From Candidatus Poribacteria bacterium (GTDB lineage Bacteria > Poribacteria > WGA-4E > WGA-3G): DNA of 64,000 nucleotides. Position numbers and translations under genes: made by a program. Numbering within the stretch: the stretch's first letter is position 1; each line of letters begins with the position of its first letter. The DNA is taken from positions 1,088,001-1,152,000 of the forward strand of contig CBDANF010000003.1 of assembly GCA_965197475.1 (NCBI GenBank), in the 5' to 3' direction. The notes under the pieces are model-generated. The model saw only the letters and a program-made list of their open reading frames with translations. It ran no database searches and was not told the DNA's origin. Shown in pieces: positions 31,662 to 40,738 of the stretch.

Positions 31662-32642
31662 ATGATTGAAGTTCAAAACCTCTCAAAAAACTACGGTCCA
31701 TTTCAAGCACTCAAAGACATCTCCTTTACCGTGGACAAGGGGCAAATTGTTGGGTTTCTCGGTCCCAACGGTGCCGGTAAAACTACGACGATGCGGATTC
31801 TGACCTGCTTTATGCCCGCGAGTAGCGGAAAAGTCACCGTTGCCGGATACGATGTTTTCAAAGCATCGCGCGAGGTACGCAAACGGATCGGATATCTACC
31901 CGAAAACATTCCGCTTTACACTGAAATGACTGTCACAAAATATCTCTCCTACATGGGTAAAATTCGAGGTGTCTCACGCAAGCAAATCAAAGAACGGTTG
32001 GATACTGCCATTGAGTCTTGCGGTTTAACCGAACGACATCATCAGATTATTGGACAATTATCACGCGGTTTCCGACAACGTGTCGGTTTAGCACAAGCTT
32101 TGGTTCATGAACCAGAAGTCCTGATCCTTGACGAACCGACATCCGGTTTAGACCCGCGACAAATCGTTGAAATACGAGAATTGATTAAAGACCTTGGTAA
32201 GGAGCGAACCATTCTTTTTAGCACACATATCCTGCCTGAAGCAAGTCAAACGTGCGAACGATTGCTGATTATCAGCAAAGGCAAAATTACGGGTGATATT
32301 CGGTTATCAAATGGGCGGACTGTGTCGGACAATACATCAACTGACACCACTATTTCTGACAATAATCCTACGCTTGAAAAAACCCTCACGGTTGTGATAT
32401 CAGGAGGTTCCGCTGATGAAGTATTGGCTGCGCTCAGGGATATACCTCACGTAATCAGTGTTGACCAGTCTGCTGTAAATGTAGATAACACGTTCCTTGT
32501 TCGGTATGATTTAGAAAAAGATGTCCGCGGTGAAGTCGCAAAAACAATCATCAATCATGGATGGAATTTGCTTGAAATGTACACTGACGAGATGAGTTTA
32601 GAGGAATTGTTCCTGTCTTTAACTTCAGAGACTTCTGAATAG
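31662..32642 (+). CDS. ABC transporter ATP-binding protein (GldA-like)
   Basis: GPNGAGKTT, LSRGFRQRVGLAQAL, LILDEPTSGLDP, STH. Confidence 0.92.
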   Translation: MIEVQNLSKNYGPFQALKDISFTVDKGQIVGFLGPNGAGKTTTMRILTCFMPASSGKVTVAGYDVFKASREVRKRIGYLPENIPLYTEMTVTKYLSYMGKIRGVSRKQIKERLDTAIESCGLTERHHQIIGQLSRGFRQRVGLAQALVHEPEVLILDEPTSGLDPRQIVEIRELIKDLGKERTILFSTHILPEASQTCERLLIISKGKITGDIRLSNGRTVSDNTSTDTTISDNNPTLEKTLTVVISGGSADEVLAALRDIPHVISVDQSAVNVDNTFLVRYDLEKDVRGEVAKTIINHGWNLLEMYTDEMSLEELFLSLTSETSE

Positions 32643-32666
32643 AGTTGGGATGTGAGAAACAGTATC

Positions 32667-32872
32667 CATAACTGTCAACTTAAGGATTTTTGTGATAATG
32701 AAATATCGTCTTTAGCCCCGTAGGGGCGTGATGTTTAGAGCAACCGAGGAAATCAATCGCCTCGCTCCTACGGAGCGAAAAAGGTTATTATCCTTATTTC
32801 TATAAACATATAGTCCCTACGGGACTATAGAGCATTTCTCACATTCGGAAAATCCTTAAGTTGACACCTATG
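32667..32872. mobile_element. MITE with CATA..TGTCAACTTAAG ends (IS4-like) carrying REP hairpins; a second left end begins at 32893
   Basis: CATAACTGTCAACTTAAGGATTTT / AAAATCCTTAAGTTGACACCTATG; internal GCCCCGTAGGGGC, GCTCCTACGGAGC and TAGTCCCTACGGGACTA. Confidence 0.7.
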
Positions 32873-33011
32873 GGATGCGAAAAACAGCCTCACATAGGTG
32901 TCAACTTAAGAAAACGTTATGTACTAAGGTCCTCCTGTCCGGTAGGTGCGGTTTCTAACCACACCATAGTTGTCAATTTAGCAGCACTCCAACCTCTCTC
33001 GGATTACTGTT

Positions 33012-33866
33012 ATGAAGAATATTGTGAGATTTTGGCACTACTTTTTATTCCTTATTGTATTGAACATCGGTTTGATTGCGTGCAACAGTGGAGAGAGTTC
33101 AGAACATCTAATCCAACCCGATGCAGAAGATACTCATTCCGTGATTGATGTTGAAGAGATGGTCTTGATTCCCGCAGGAGAAGTGACCATCGGCACCGAT
33201 GAAAAAACCGATCTGACATCTGGAAATGAAGACGATCCGCATGTCATTTTTGTTGAAACGTTTTACATTGATAAGTATGAAGTTACAAACGGACAATACA
33301 CCAAATTCCTGTCGGAAACAGGTCATCGGAAACCGAAATTTTGGGACAACCCAACCCTCAATGCGCCCGATCAACCCGTTGTCGGTGTCAATTGGGAAGA
33401 TGCTGAAACTTACGCCAAATGGGCAGGGAAAAGATTACCTACTGATATTGAGTGGGAAAAAGCAGCGCGTAGTATAGATGGTCGTCTCTATCCTTGGGGT
33501 GACAATTATGATCCATCGCTTGGTAATTTTGATGACGGTGGTCAAATGAATGGTAAATTGGACGGATACGCCATGCATCCTGCTCCAGTGGGAAGTTTTA
33601 CAGAAGGCAAAAGTCCTTACGGACTGCATGACATGTCGGGCAATGTATGGGAATGGGTAACAAGTGCTCTCCCTGAAAATCAAGCAGGAAAAGAACATCT
33701 CGCAAACGGGAAATCTAATCTAACTAACGGGAAAGTCTACACAATCCGTGGCGGTTCGTGGACAAATGGTCGCGGTGATACACGGACTACGGTTTATTAT
33801 ATCTATCCCGCACAATGCAGCGACCACAGTAGTTCTGTCGGATTCCGCTGTGCCAAAACACCTTAA
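33012..33866 (+). CDS. FGE-sulfatase (SUMF1) domain lipoprotein
   Basis: Lipobox LIAC; IDKYEVTN, KRLPTDIEWEKAAR, DMSGNVWEW, VGFRC. Confidence 0.9.
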   Translation: MKNIVRFWHYFLFLIVLNIGLIACNSGESSEHLIQPDAEDTHSVIDVEEMVLIPAGEVTIGTDEKTDLTSGNEDDPHVIFVETFYIDKYEVTNGQYTKFLSETGHRKPKFWDNPTLNAPDQPVVGVNWEDAETYAKWAGKRLPTDIEWEKAARSIDGRLYPWGDNYDPSLGNFDDGGQMNGKLDGYAMHPAPVGSFTEGKSPYGLHDMSGNVWEWVTSALPENQAGKEHLANGKSNLTNGKVYTIRGGSWTNGRGDTRTTVYYIYPAQCSDHSSSVGFRCAKTP

Positions 33867-33910
33867 CACAAAAAATATACGCCAAGCTCTTTTAATCGCT
33901 ATATCTTACC

Positions 33911-34816
33911 ATGAAAATCCGAAACACCTTGAAATCATTGATATATGCTTTATTGATACTGATGTCCACCTTATACGGTTGTGGCGGAGATGAGAAAATG
34001 CCTATCGATGAGGAATCTCCGGAATCAACAGATGAAACACAGCCTTTGGAGGAACCTCAAAAAGAAAAGGTAGAAACAGTGAACGTTCCAGAAGGAATGG
34101 TTCTTGTGCCAGCGGGTGATTTTCTTATGGGAAGTGATCCAGATAAAGATCCGTTGACGGATCCACTTGATGAACTCCCACAACATAAGGTCCATTTAGA
34201 TGCTTTTTTTATTGACAAGTATGAAGTCTCTAATGCCGATTATACCAAATTTGTTGAAGCCACAGGCCATCGGAATTCGATCTTTTGGGACAATCCAAAA
34301 TTCAACCACCCGGATCAACCCGTTGTCGGTGTAGCATGGGGAGACGCTATAGCATACGCAGAGTGGGTTGGAAAACGATTGCCGACTGAGGCGGAATGGG
34401 AAAAAGCGGCACGCGGAACAGATGGACGTATCTGGCCCTGGGGCAACGAATTTGACCCGACAAAATGCAACTTTGATGACGAAGGAAAGTTTGATGGACA
34501 CCTTGATGGATTTGCGATGGCTGCACCCGTGGATAGTTTTCAGAATGGTGCAAGCCCCTACGGTACCCTCAACATGGTTGGGAACGTCTCAGAATGGGTC
34601 TCAGACTGGTTTGATATGGATTACTATACGGTTAGTCCAAGAGAAAATCCGAAAGGACCAGAAACAAGTGGAATGGGTAAAAAATCTGAGCGAGGTGCCA
34701 ATTGGTTTTCCGGTTCAGAACAGATGCGGTGCGCTTTCCGAGAATATGATGACATTGCCGGCAGTGGTCAGATTCGCGGATTTCGATGCGCGATGGATGT
34801 TCCCAAAGAGGATTAA
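33911..34816 (+). CDS. FGE-sulfatase (SUMF1) domain lipoprotein, paralogue of 33012-33866
   Basis: Lipobox LYGC; KRLPTEAEWEKAARG, MVGNVSEW, RGFRC. Confidence 0.9.
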   Translation: MKIRNTLKSLIYALLILMSTLYGCGGDEKMPIDEESPESTDETQPLEEPQKEKVETVNVPEGMVLVPAGDFLMGSDPDKDPLTDPLDELPQHKVHLDAFFIDKYEVSNADYTKFVEATGHRNSIFWDNPKFNHPDQPVVGVAWGDAIAYAEWVGKRLPTEAEWEKAARGTDGRIWPWGNEFDPTKCNFDDEGKFDGHLDGFAMAAPVDSFQNGASPYGTLNMVGNVSEWVSDWFDMDYYTVSPRENPKGPETSGMGKKSERGANWFSGSEQMRCAFREYDDIAGSGQIRGFRCAMDVPKED

Positions 34817-34943
34817 TACCCAATTACTTTGAATCATAGGGGCGGGTCTCTGTAATCGCGATGCTTCATCACGCAAAACAATACAATCAAGTTTATTTGG
34901 TATACATTAATTCCGAAGTAGAGTAGACAGAGGCACACATGAA

Positions 34944-36233
34944 ATGGTTTCTTCTTTCAGCATTCGCAACGAAACTCATCGCTTAATCGTTCTTTGGACT
35001 ATATGCTGCATCACAATATCCCTCACCGGTTGCGGAGATGAAGATTCTCTACCGATAAATGAAGATATTGAAACAGAGGTAGATATCTTTACGAAACGTG
35101 AATGGGCAGTGATTCAACGTTTATCGCCTCTACCTACCACCCCTCCACCAAATCCAACAAATCGCGTTGCTGACGATCCTCAAGCTGCAAAATTAGGGCA
35201 GATGCTCTTTTTTGACGAGCGATTTTCAAAAGATGGCACCGTGGCTTGTGCAACATGCCACTCGCCATTTCACGGATTTGCTGATGTTGAACCGACTTCA
35301 TTAGGAGCAGGGAGAGGCACAAGAAACGCACCAACCCTGCTCAATGTCGCCTATAACAAATGGCAGTTTTGGGACGGTAGATCGGATTCACTATGGTCAC
35401 AAGCGTTAATTGCTCTTGAAGGTGAGAATGAACAAGCAGGAACACGACTTCAGTATGCACATCTTATCAAACGTCTGTATCAAGACGATTATGAAAAGGT
35501 GTTTGGTCCACTACCTAATTTAACAGACATAAACCGCTTTCCACCTAATGGCAAACCTGGGGACGCACAGTTTGATAATATGTCTGAATTCGATAAGATA
35601 GCAGTTAATACCGTTTTTGCCAATATCGGTAAGGCAATTGAGGCTTATGAACGGCTTCTGATTAGTCGGAACGCTCCGTTTGATCAATATGTTGCAGGTG
35701 ATCTGGATGCAATCGGAATTGAAGCAAAGCGAGGCTTAAAAATCTTTATCGGTAAAGGGGTTTGTATCCTCTGCCACGATAATCCGAATTTTACAGACAA
35801 CGAATTCCATAATCTTGGTATCTCACAGGGTGGATTGCCAGAAGACACAGGTCGATATGATGGTATTAAGCAACTCTTAGACAACCCTTTTAATGGTGGT
35901 GGTATCTATAGTGATGATCCAGAGGTTCCTCAAAGAATACTGGATTTTCTGGAACCGACACAACAACATCAAGGACAATTCAAAACACCGACACTCCGAA
36001 ACGTAGAACTTACTGCACCGTACTTTCATATAGGTGATTTTCCAACATTAGAATCCATTATTGAATTCAATAACGCTGGCGGAGTTCCATCAGGATTTGT
36101 CGGCATGCGAGAAGGAACACTTGAACCACTCAATCTGAGTGAACAAGAGGCGAAAGATTTAGTCGAATTTTTATTGACCTTGACAGGTGAATCATCTCTC
36201 GAACACCTATCAATAAAACCGAATCTGCCGTAA
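34944..36233 (+). CDS. Di-haem cytochrome c peroxidase / MauG-superfamily lipoprotein
   Basis: Lipobox LTGC; LGQMLFFD, CATCH, RNAPTL, QFWDGR, CILCH, FKTPTLRNVELTAPYFH. Confidence 0.9.
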   Translation: MVSSFSIRNETHRLIVLWTICCITISLTGCGDEDSLPINEDIETEVDIFTKREWAVIQRLSPLPTTPPPNPTNRVADDPQAAKLGQMLFFDERFSKDGTVACATCHSPFHGFADVEPTSLGAGRGTRNAPTLLNVAYNKWQFWDGRSDSLWSQALIALEGENEQAGTRLQYAHLIKRLYQDDYEKVFGPLPNLTDINRFPPNGKPGDAQFDNMSEFDKIAVNTVFANIGKAIEAYERLLISRNAPFDQYVAGDLDAIGIEAKRGLKIFIGKGVCILCHDNPNFTDNEFHNLGISQGGLPEDTGRYDGIKQLLDNPFNGGGIYSDDPEVPQRILDFLEPTQQHQGQFKTPTLRNVELTAPYFHIGDFPTLESIIEFNNAGGVPSGFVGMREGTLEPLNLSEQEAKDLVEFLLTLTGESSLEHLSIKPNLP

Positions 36234-36310
36234 GCCCCAATACAAGTTAGTTGAGTATCTTTCTTTTTCCATTTCAATTGCAAATGGGTTAACAATACCT
36301 ATATGGAGAA

Positions 36311-36562
36311 CAGGGGCATTTAGTTTTTCGAATATTTAGATTTTCAATTTACGACTCTCCGTTGTAGGAGCGATCTTCGCATCGCAACTTTTCGTCTAAA
36401 ATGGACAAAAAGCCTAAAACTAAATAGCCCTGATGGAAAACAGAGCCATTCAGTTTTCAAGTTTTTCACTACATTTTAGAGAGGATCGCGATTCGGAGAT
36501 CACTCGGACAGCGGAGAGACTTGAGCATCAGATGAGAACTACCGGACAATTGAATGGCTCTG
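36311..36562. mobile_element. Two abutting 122-bp CAG-ended MITEs
   Basis: 36311-36432 is an inverted homologue of 11958-12079. 36441-36562 has TIR CAGAGCCATTCA / TGAATGGCTCTG and 9-bp TSD GATGGAAAA. Partial relatives lie at 43681-43755 and about 46892-46996. Confidence 0.75.
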
Positions 36563-36637
36563 GATGGAAAAACTATATTATTGACAAAAATCCGATTATC
36601 ATATAAAATATCGTATATTTTGAAAATTTATTTTTTC

Positions 36638-36666
36638 TTGACATTTTTTTGATAATTTTGTATAAT
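36638..36666 (+). promoter_or_regulatory. Perfect-consensus sigma70 promoter
   Basis: TTGACA-N17-TATAAT with an AT-rich upstream region. Confidence 0.75.
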
Positions 36667-37026
36667 TGCAAACAAGTTCAAGATATTATTTTCTTGATGG
36701 AAGTTTTATACCCAATTAACCCGATTTGTAGTGTGAGGTCTCGTGCCTTGCAATGCTGACTTTATCTGCAGATGTCGAATCAAGTTAATTTGGTATTAGA
36801 TATGAATGTCCTGTAAAATAGTTTTTCTATACTTTAGGCGAACCTGAAGGATAATTATTGTGTGATCAGTACCAGCAGCCTTACATCACGCCCGTACACT
36901 CTCTATCTCATATTGAGAGTCTGTTACGGACAATTTTGTTTGCACAAGGTAGGTTATTCCCACTTACCATTAACACAACGCGTTAGAGTTCCTAATGTTG
37001 TTTAGAAACTTTACCGTAAACTCAAT

Positions 37027-37969
37027 GAGGGTATTGCCTAAATAATGATATTTGGAGTTTCTATTCATCCGAGTTTTAAAATGTCAAACACGTCGCCATT
37101 GACACGAAACCTTGCAAACAAAGCAATCGTTAGGTTTACCATTTCCACACTTTTTGATACAATAATAGACTTGCGTTTGAAGCGTCCGAACCAGTGGCGC
37201 ATCCGGCAGTTATTGCGTTCAATACGATGCGTCTCGGCTTTGGTCTGAACATGTTTTGAGGCGGGTAATACCGACTCATAGACCTGCCATTTGTCTGTAT
37301 AATATATCTCAATATTGAGTGATGAGAGCCGCGCCATGAGTTTTTCGAGGGTTTGTTTATCGCGTCTGCCACATTCCCAATCGATGAGGTGTCCTGTATT
37401 TCTGTCAAGTGCCTTCCATATCCATAGTTTGTTTTTCTTGTTTCCGATGTAGTGCCACATTTCATCAAGTTCCAAAACGACGGTGGTTCCGGGGGACAGC
37501 GTCCGTTTAGGGGCATGCTTTTTAGCAGAAGTCCGTATCCATTTTAGGATAGTTGTGACATGGGTATTGAAGAGTTTTGCGATAGCATTCATTGAGAGCC
37601 CGTGGCAGTATAAGAGCAGCGTGAGGGTTTTATGTGCCTGTGGTTTTCCGCGAGGTGTTGTGCGTGTCCATTGATAGTGGCAGTTTGAACATTTATAGCG
37701 TTGTTTCGTCTTCACGAAGCCGTTTTTGACGAAATGCGTGTATTGACATCTTGGACAATTCTTCATGGTATCCTCTATAGAGCAGCGAGTTTGTTTTGTT
37801 TGAATAAGGATACAAGTTTTAGACGCGTCCGTCAATCAAAAAATTCAGTTTGATTTTTTGATTGACAATTCTTGTCATAAGTGTTATCATTAACTCTAGT
37901 TGAAATCTGATGCAGGGCGGTTCAGAGGGTATCCGCTAATTCCCGCATCATTATTTAACCAATACCCTC
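37027..37969 (-). mobile_element. Complete IS1-family insertion sequence (943 bp)
   Basis: TIR GAGGGTATTGCCTAAATAATGAT / ATCATTATTTAACCAATACCCTC (2 mismatches); 8-bp TSD AACTCAAT at 37019-37026 and 37970-37977. Confidence 0.92.
37065..37766 (-). CDS. IS1-family transposase (single fused InsA-InsB ORF)
   Basis: CPRC..KNG...KQRYKC..C zinc finger; ELDEMWHYIG.K..KLWIW; YTDKW; IERNN. Confidence 0.92.
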   Translation of the reverse strand: MKNCPRCQYTHFVKNGFVKTKQRYKCSNCHYQWTRTTPRGKPQAHKTLTLLLYCHGLSMNAIAKLFNTHVTTILKWIRTSAKKHAPKRTLSPGTTVVLELDEMWHYIGNKKNKLWIWKALDRNTGHLIDWECGRRDKQTLEKLMARLSSLNIEIYYTDKWQVYESVLPASKHVQTKAETHRIERNNCRMRHWFGRFKRKSIIVSKSVEMVNLTIALFARFRVNGDVFDILKLG

Positions 37970-37991
37970 AACTCAATAAAGGAGTTACTCC

Positions 37992-38822
37992 ATGAAAAAA
38001 TTAATGACTCTCATGACATTTGCTTTGGGATATTTTCTTGCAGTAGTCGCTGCGCCGCTCCTCGGTGTAGCCGCTCCCCTTGGAGAAGTAGCAATCTTCA
38101 TCGAACAGGTTAGCTGGATTGATAAGGACATCGCAGCTGCGGAAAGTAGAGAATTGGCTGACCTTCTCAAGAGCCCCAAAGACGTTGTCATATTAACCGA
38201 TAACGAGATTGGTCCGTGGGCTGAAGAACATACGGACAATGGCCAATCTGATATTATCATTACTTTCGGTTGGTTTCCAACGACACTCTACCCACCCGGA
38301 AACGCTAAGCCCGAAGGTTCTGTTGCTGAAAATTTCCTGGAAGGTGGAAATATCCTCCTCAACACAGGGGATTATTTTTTCTACGTCACCGAGGGGGGGG
38401 GTGTCAACGGTGTAGACGGCTTGAAAAATATGATGGACATCGACGTCGACCAGTCTCCAGGCGAAGCAGGAAGTGCTGCTATTGAACCGACAGACGATGG
38501 CAAGAAATATACGCCAAGTCTTGCTGCTTACACCACACACCGACCTTTTAAGCAAGATCAGATTGTTGATCCATGGGAGGTAGAGATCGTTTTTGGTGAC
38601 AACGGCGCAGGTCACTTGGATCCGGTAATTGTGCACGATACTCAAACCGATGGACGAATCGGTATTGCTCTTTCACAGTTTAATAACAACGAACTCCCAC
38701 GAGGTGAGGTCTTCGCCGAAATGATTGATAATTATCTGGCTGACGTCCTCGGCGTTCTAGCAGCAGTTGATCCCAATAAAAAAGTTACGACGACGTGGGC
38801 ACATATCAAATCTGATTTTTAA
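37992..38822 (+). CDS. Secreted acidic hypothetical protein with C-terminal VDPNKKVTTTWAHIK motif
   Basis: AAGGAG RBS, signal peptide, and the same C-terminal motif as 23229-24005. Confidence 0.8.
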   Translation: MKKLMTLMTFALGYFLAVVAAPLLGVAAPLGEVAIFIEQVSWIDKDIAAAESRELADLLKSPKDVVILTDNEIGPWAEEHTDNGQSDIIITFGWFPTTLYPPGNAKPEGSVAENFLEGGNILLNTGDYFFYVTEGGGVNGVDGLKNMMDIDVDQSPGEAGSAAIEPTDDGKKYTPSLAAYTTHRPFKQDQIVDPWEVEIVFGDNGAGHLDPVIVHDTQTDGRIGIALSQFNNNELPRGEVFAEMIDNYLADVLGVLAAVDPNKKVTTTWAHIKSDF

Positions 38823-38894
38823 CCTATACCGATAGGGTACCTTAGAGTGCCCTGACAAACTTTCATTCCAATAATTATAATTGGAGCAAATCTT

Positions 38895-38931
38895 AAAAAA
38901 GCGCATCTCCCAATTGGAAGATGCGCTTTTT
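38895..38931 (+). terminator. Intrinsic (possibly bidirectional) terminator
   Basis: AAAAAA-GCGCATCT-CCCAATTGGA-AGATGCGC-TTTTT. Confidence 0.8.
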
Positions 38932-39018
38932 ATGTATTGAAAAGGCGATATTTCAAATATGTTGATTTTTTAATAAATCTGTGGTATAAAATCAGCAATG
39001 CCTTTAGGAGAAAAAATC

Positions 39019-39969
39019 GTGAAACTCGTTACATTCAAAAAGTCTTCGTTAAACGAACGTTCTCGACTCGGTGCATGGATAGGCAACGATCGAATAGTTG
39101 ACCTCAACTTAGATGTCCCAAATATGATCCAGTTCTTTGAACAGAATTGTAGTGCAGCCGCACAAAAACGTATTGACACAGTTCAACAACAACTCAGCGA
39201 CGGTAACCACTTACCTAATGTCATCTATTGTGTTTCTGATGTTCAACTGCTCGCGCCCTTTCCGCGTCCAGCCAGTTTGCGGGATTTTGGTGTGTTCAAA
39301 ACCCACATGGATGCTGCTGCGCGCATCACCGGAAAAGAAATATCGCCTGAATGGTTCAAACTTCCCAACTACTATCGGGGAAGCACAAGTCCCGCCTCCA
39401 TCGCAGGACATGAGGCAGTTGTTACATGGCCAAACTACACAGAAAAACTTGATTTTGAATTGGAATGGGGTGTTTACATCGGTAAAACTGGAAAAAACAT
39501 CTCCATAGAAGAAGCACCAGAATACATTGCCGGTTACACAATTTACAATGACATCAGCGCACGCGACATTCAATTCCGACACATGACGTTGGCACTCGGT
39601 CCCGCTAAAGGCAAGGATTTTGATAACAGCAACATTATGGGTCCCTGCCTCGTTACGCCTGATGAAATCAGTGATCCATCCAACCTGAAAATGACAGCAA
39701 GGGTCAACGACGAAGTATGGGCAGAGGGTAATACTTCGGATATGTATTATTCCTTCACAGAAATGATCTCTTATGTATCGCAGTCAGAGACCCTCTTTCC
39801 TGGGGAATTTCTTGGTTCTGGCACTGTCGGAAAGGGATGTGGTTGGGAACTTGACCGATGGATTCAACCGGGGGATGTGATTGAACTTGAGGTTGAAAAT
39901 ATCGGTGTCTTGAGAAATCGAATCGGTGAGCCTGAAGAAAATCCCGCTGCATGGAAGGAAAAAGCGTAA
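39019..39969 (+). CDS. Fumarylacetoacetate hydrolase family protein
   Basis: LRDF, LDFELE, IAGYTIYNDISARD, KGKDF, GSGT; GTG start after AGGAG. Confidence 0.9.
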   Translation: MKLVTFKKSSLNERSRLGAWIGNDRIVDLNLDVPNMIQFFEQNCSAAAQKRIDTVQQQLSDGNHLPNVIYCVSDVQLLAPFPRPASLRDFGVFKTHMDAAARITGKEISPEWFKLPNYYRGSTSPASIAGHEAVVTWPNYTEKLDFELEWGVYIGKTGKNISIEEAPEYIAGYTIYNDISARDIQFRHMTLALGPAKGKDFDNSNIMGPCLVTPDEISDPSNLKMTARVNDEVWAEGNTSDMYYSFTEMISYVSQSETLFPGEFLGSGTVGKGCGWELDRWIQPGDVIELEVENIGVLRNRIGEPEENPAAWKEKA

Positions 39970-39971
39970 CT

Positions 39972-40721
39972 GTGCGACTTAAAGATAAGGTAGCTATCAT
40001 TACAGGTGCAGCATCTGGAATCGGCAAAGCCACTGCAAAACTCTTTGCTGAACACGGTGCGAAGATTATTGTTGCTGACATTGATATAGATGGAGGGAAT
40101 CAGACCGTCGCCAACATACAAGACGATGGCAACGAAGCAATTTTTGTTCAAACCGATGTGACAATCAAAGCCGACACTGAACAGATGGTGGCGGAAACCG
40201 TAAAAACTTACGGAAAACTTGATATTCTGTTCAATAATGCCGGGATTGCAATGCGCTTGCCTGTTGCCGAACTACCAGAAGAAGACTGGCATCGTTGTTT
40301 AAATGTCAACCTTACCGGTGTTTTTCTTTGTGCAAAGGCAGCGATTCCCGAAATGCAGAAAAATGGAGGCGGTTCCATCATCAATATGTCCTCCATTTAC
40401 GGGATAGTCGGGGCTGGTGTTCGGGCTGCGTATGTTGCCTCCAAAGGGGGCGTGGCAAACCTAACCCGTGGTATGGCACTTGATTACGCACAAGATAATA
40501 TCCGAGTAAACTGCATCTGTCCAGGTTTTGTAGAAACACCTTTAGTCGCTGGAGTCGTCAAAACGCCCAAAGAATATCAGAAACTCGCGGATAAGCATCC
40601 GATGCGCAGGTTGGGTCAACCCGAAGAAATCGCTTATGGTGCATTATACCTCGCCTCTGATGAATCCGCATTCGTCACGGGTATCGCCTTACCGATTGAT
40701 GGAGGCTATACCGCAGGATAA
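39972..40721 (+). CDS. SDR-family NAD(P)-dependent oxidoreductase
   Basis: TGAASGIG, NNAG, YVASKGG, IDGG. Confidence 0.93.
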   Translation: MRLKDKVAIITGAASGIGKATAKLFAEHGAKIIVADIDIDGGNQTVANIQDDGNEAIFVQTDVTIKADTEQMVAETVKTYGKLDILFNNAGIAMRLPVAELPEEDWHRCLNVNLTGVFLCAKAAIPEMQKNGGGSIINMSSIYGIVGAGVRAAYVASKGGVANLTRGMALDYAQDNIRVNCICPGFVETPLVAGVVKTPKEYQKLADKHPMRRLGQPEEIAYGALYLASDESAFVTGIALPIDGGYTAG

Positions 40722-40738
40722 GATAATCAGGTGAGTTC

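Noticed and set aside
33012-34816. FGE/C-type-lectin-fold genes as DGR targets
   Set aside because: No reverse transcriptase and no adenine-specific TR/VR pair were seen; the similarity is ordinary paralogy.
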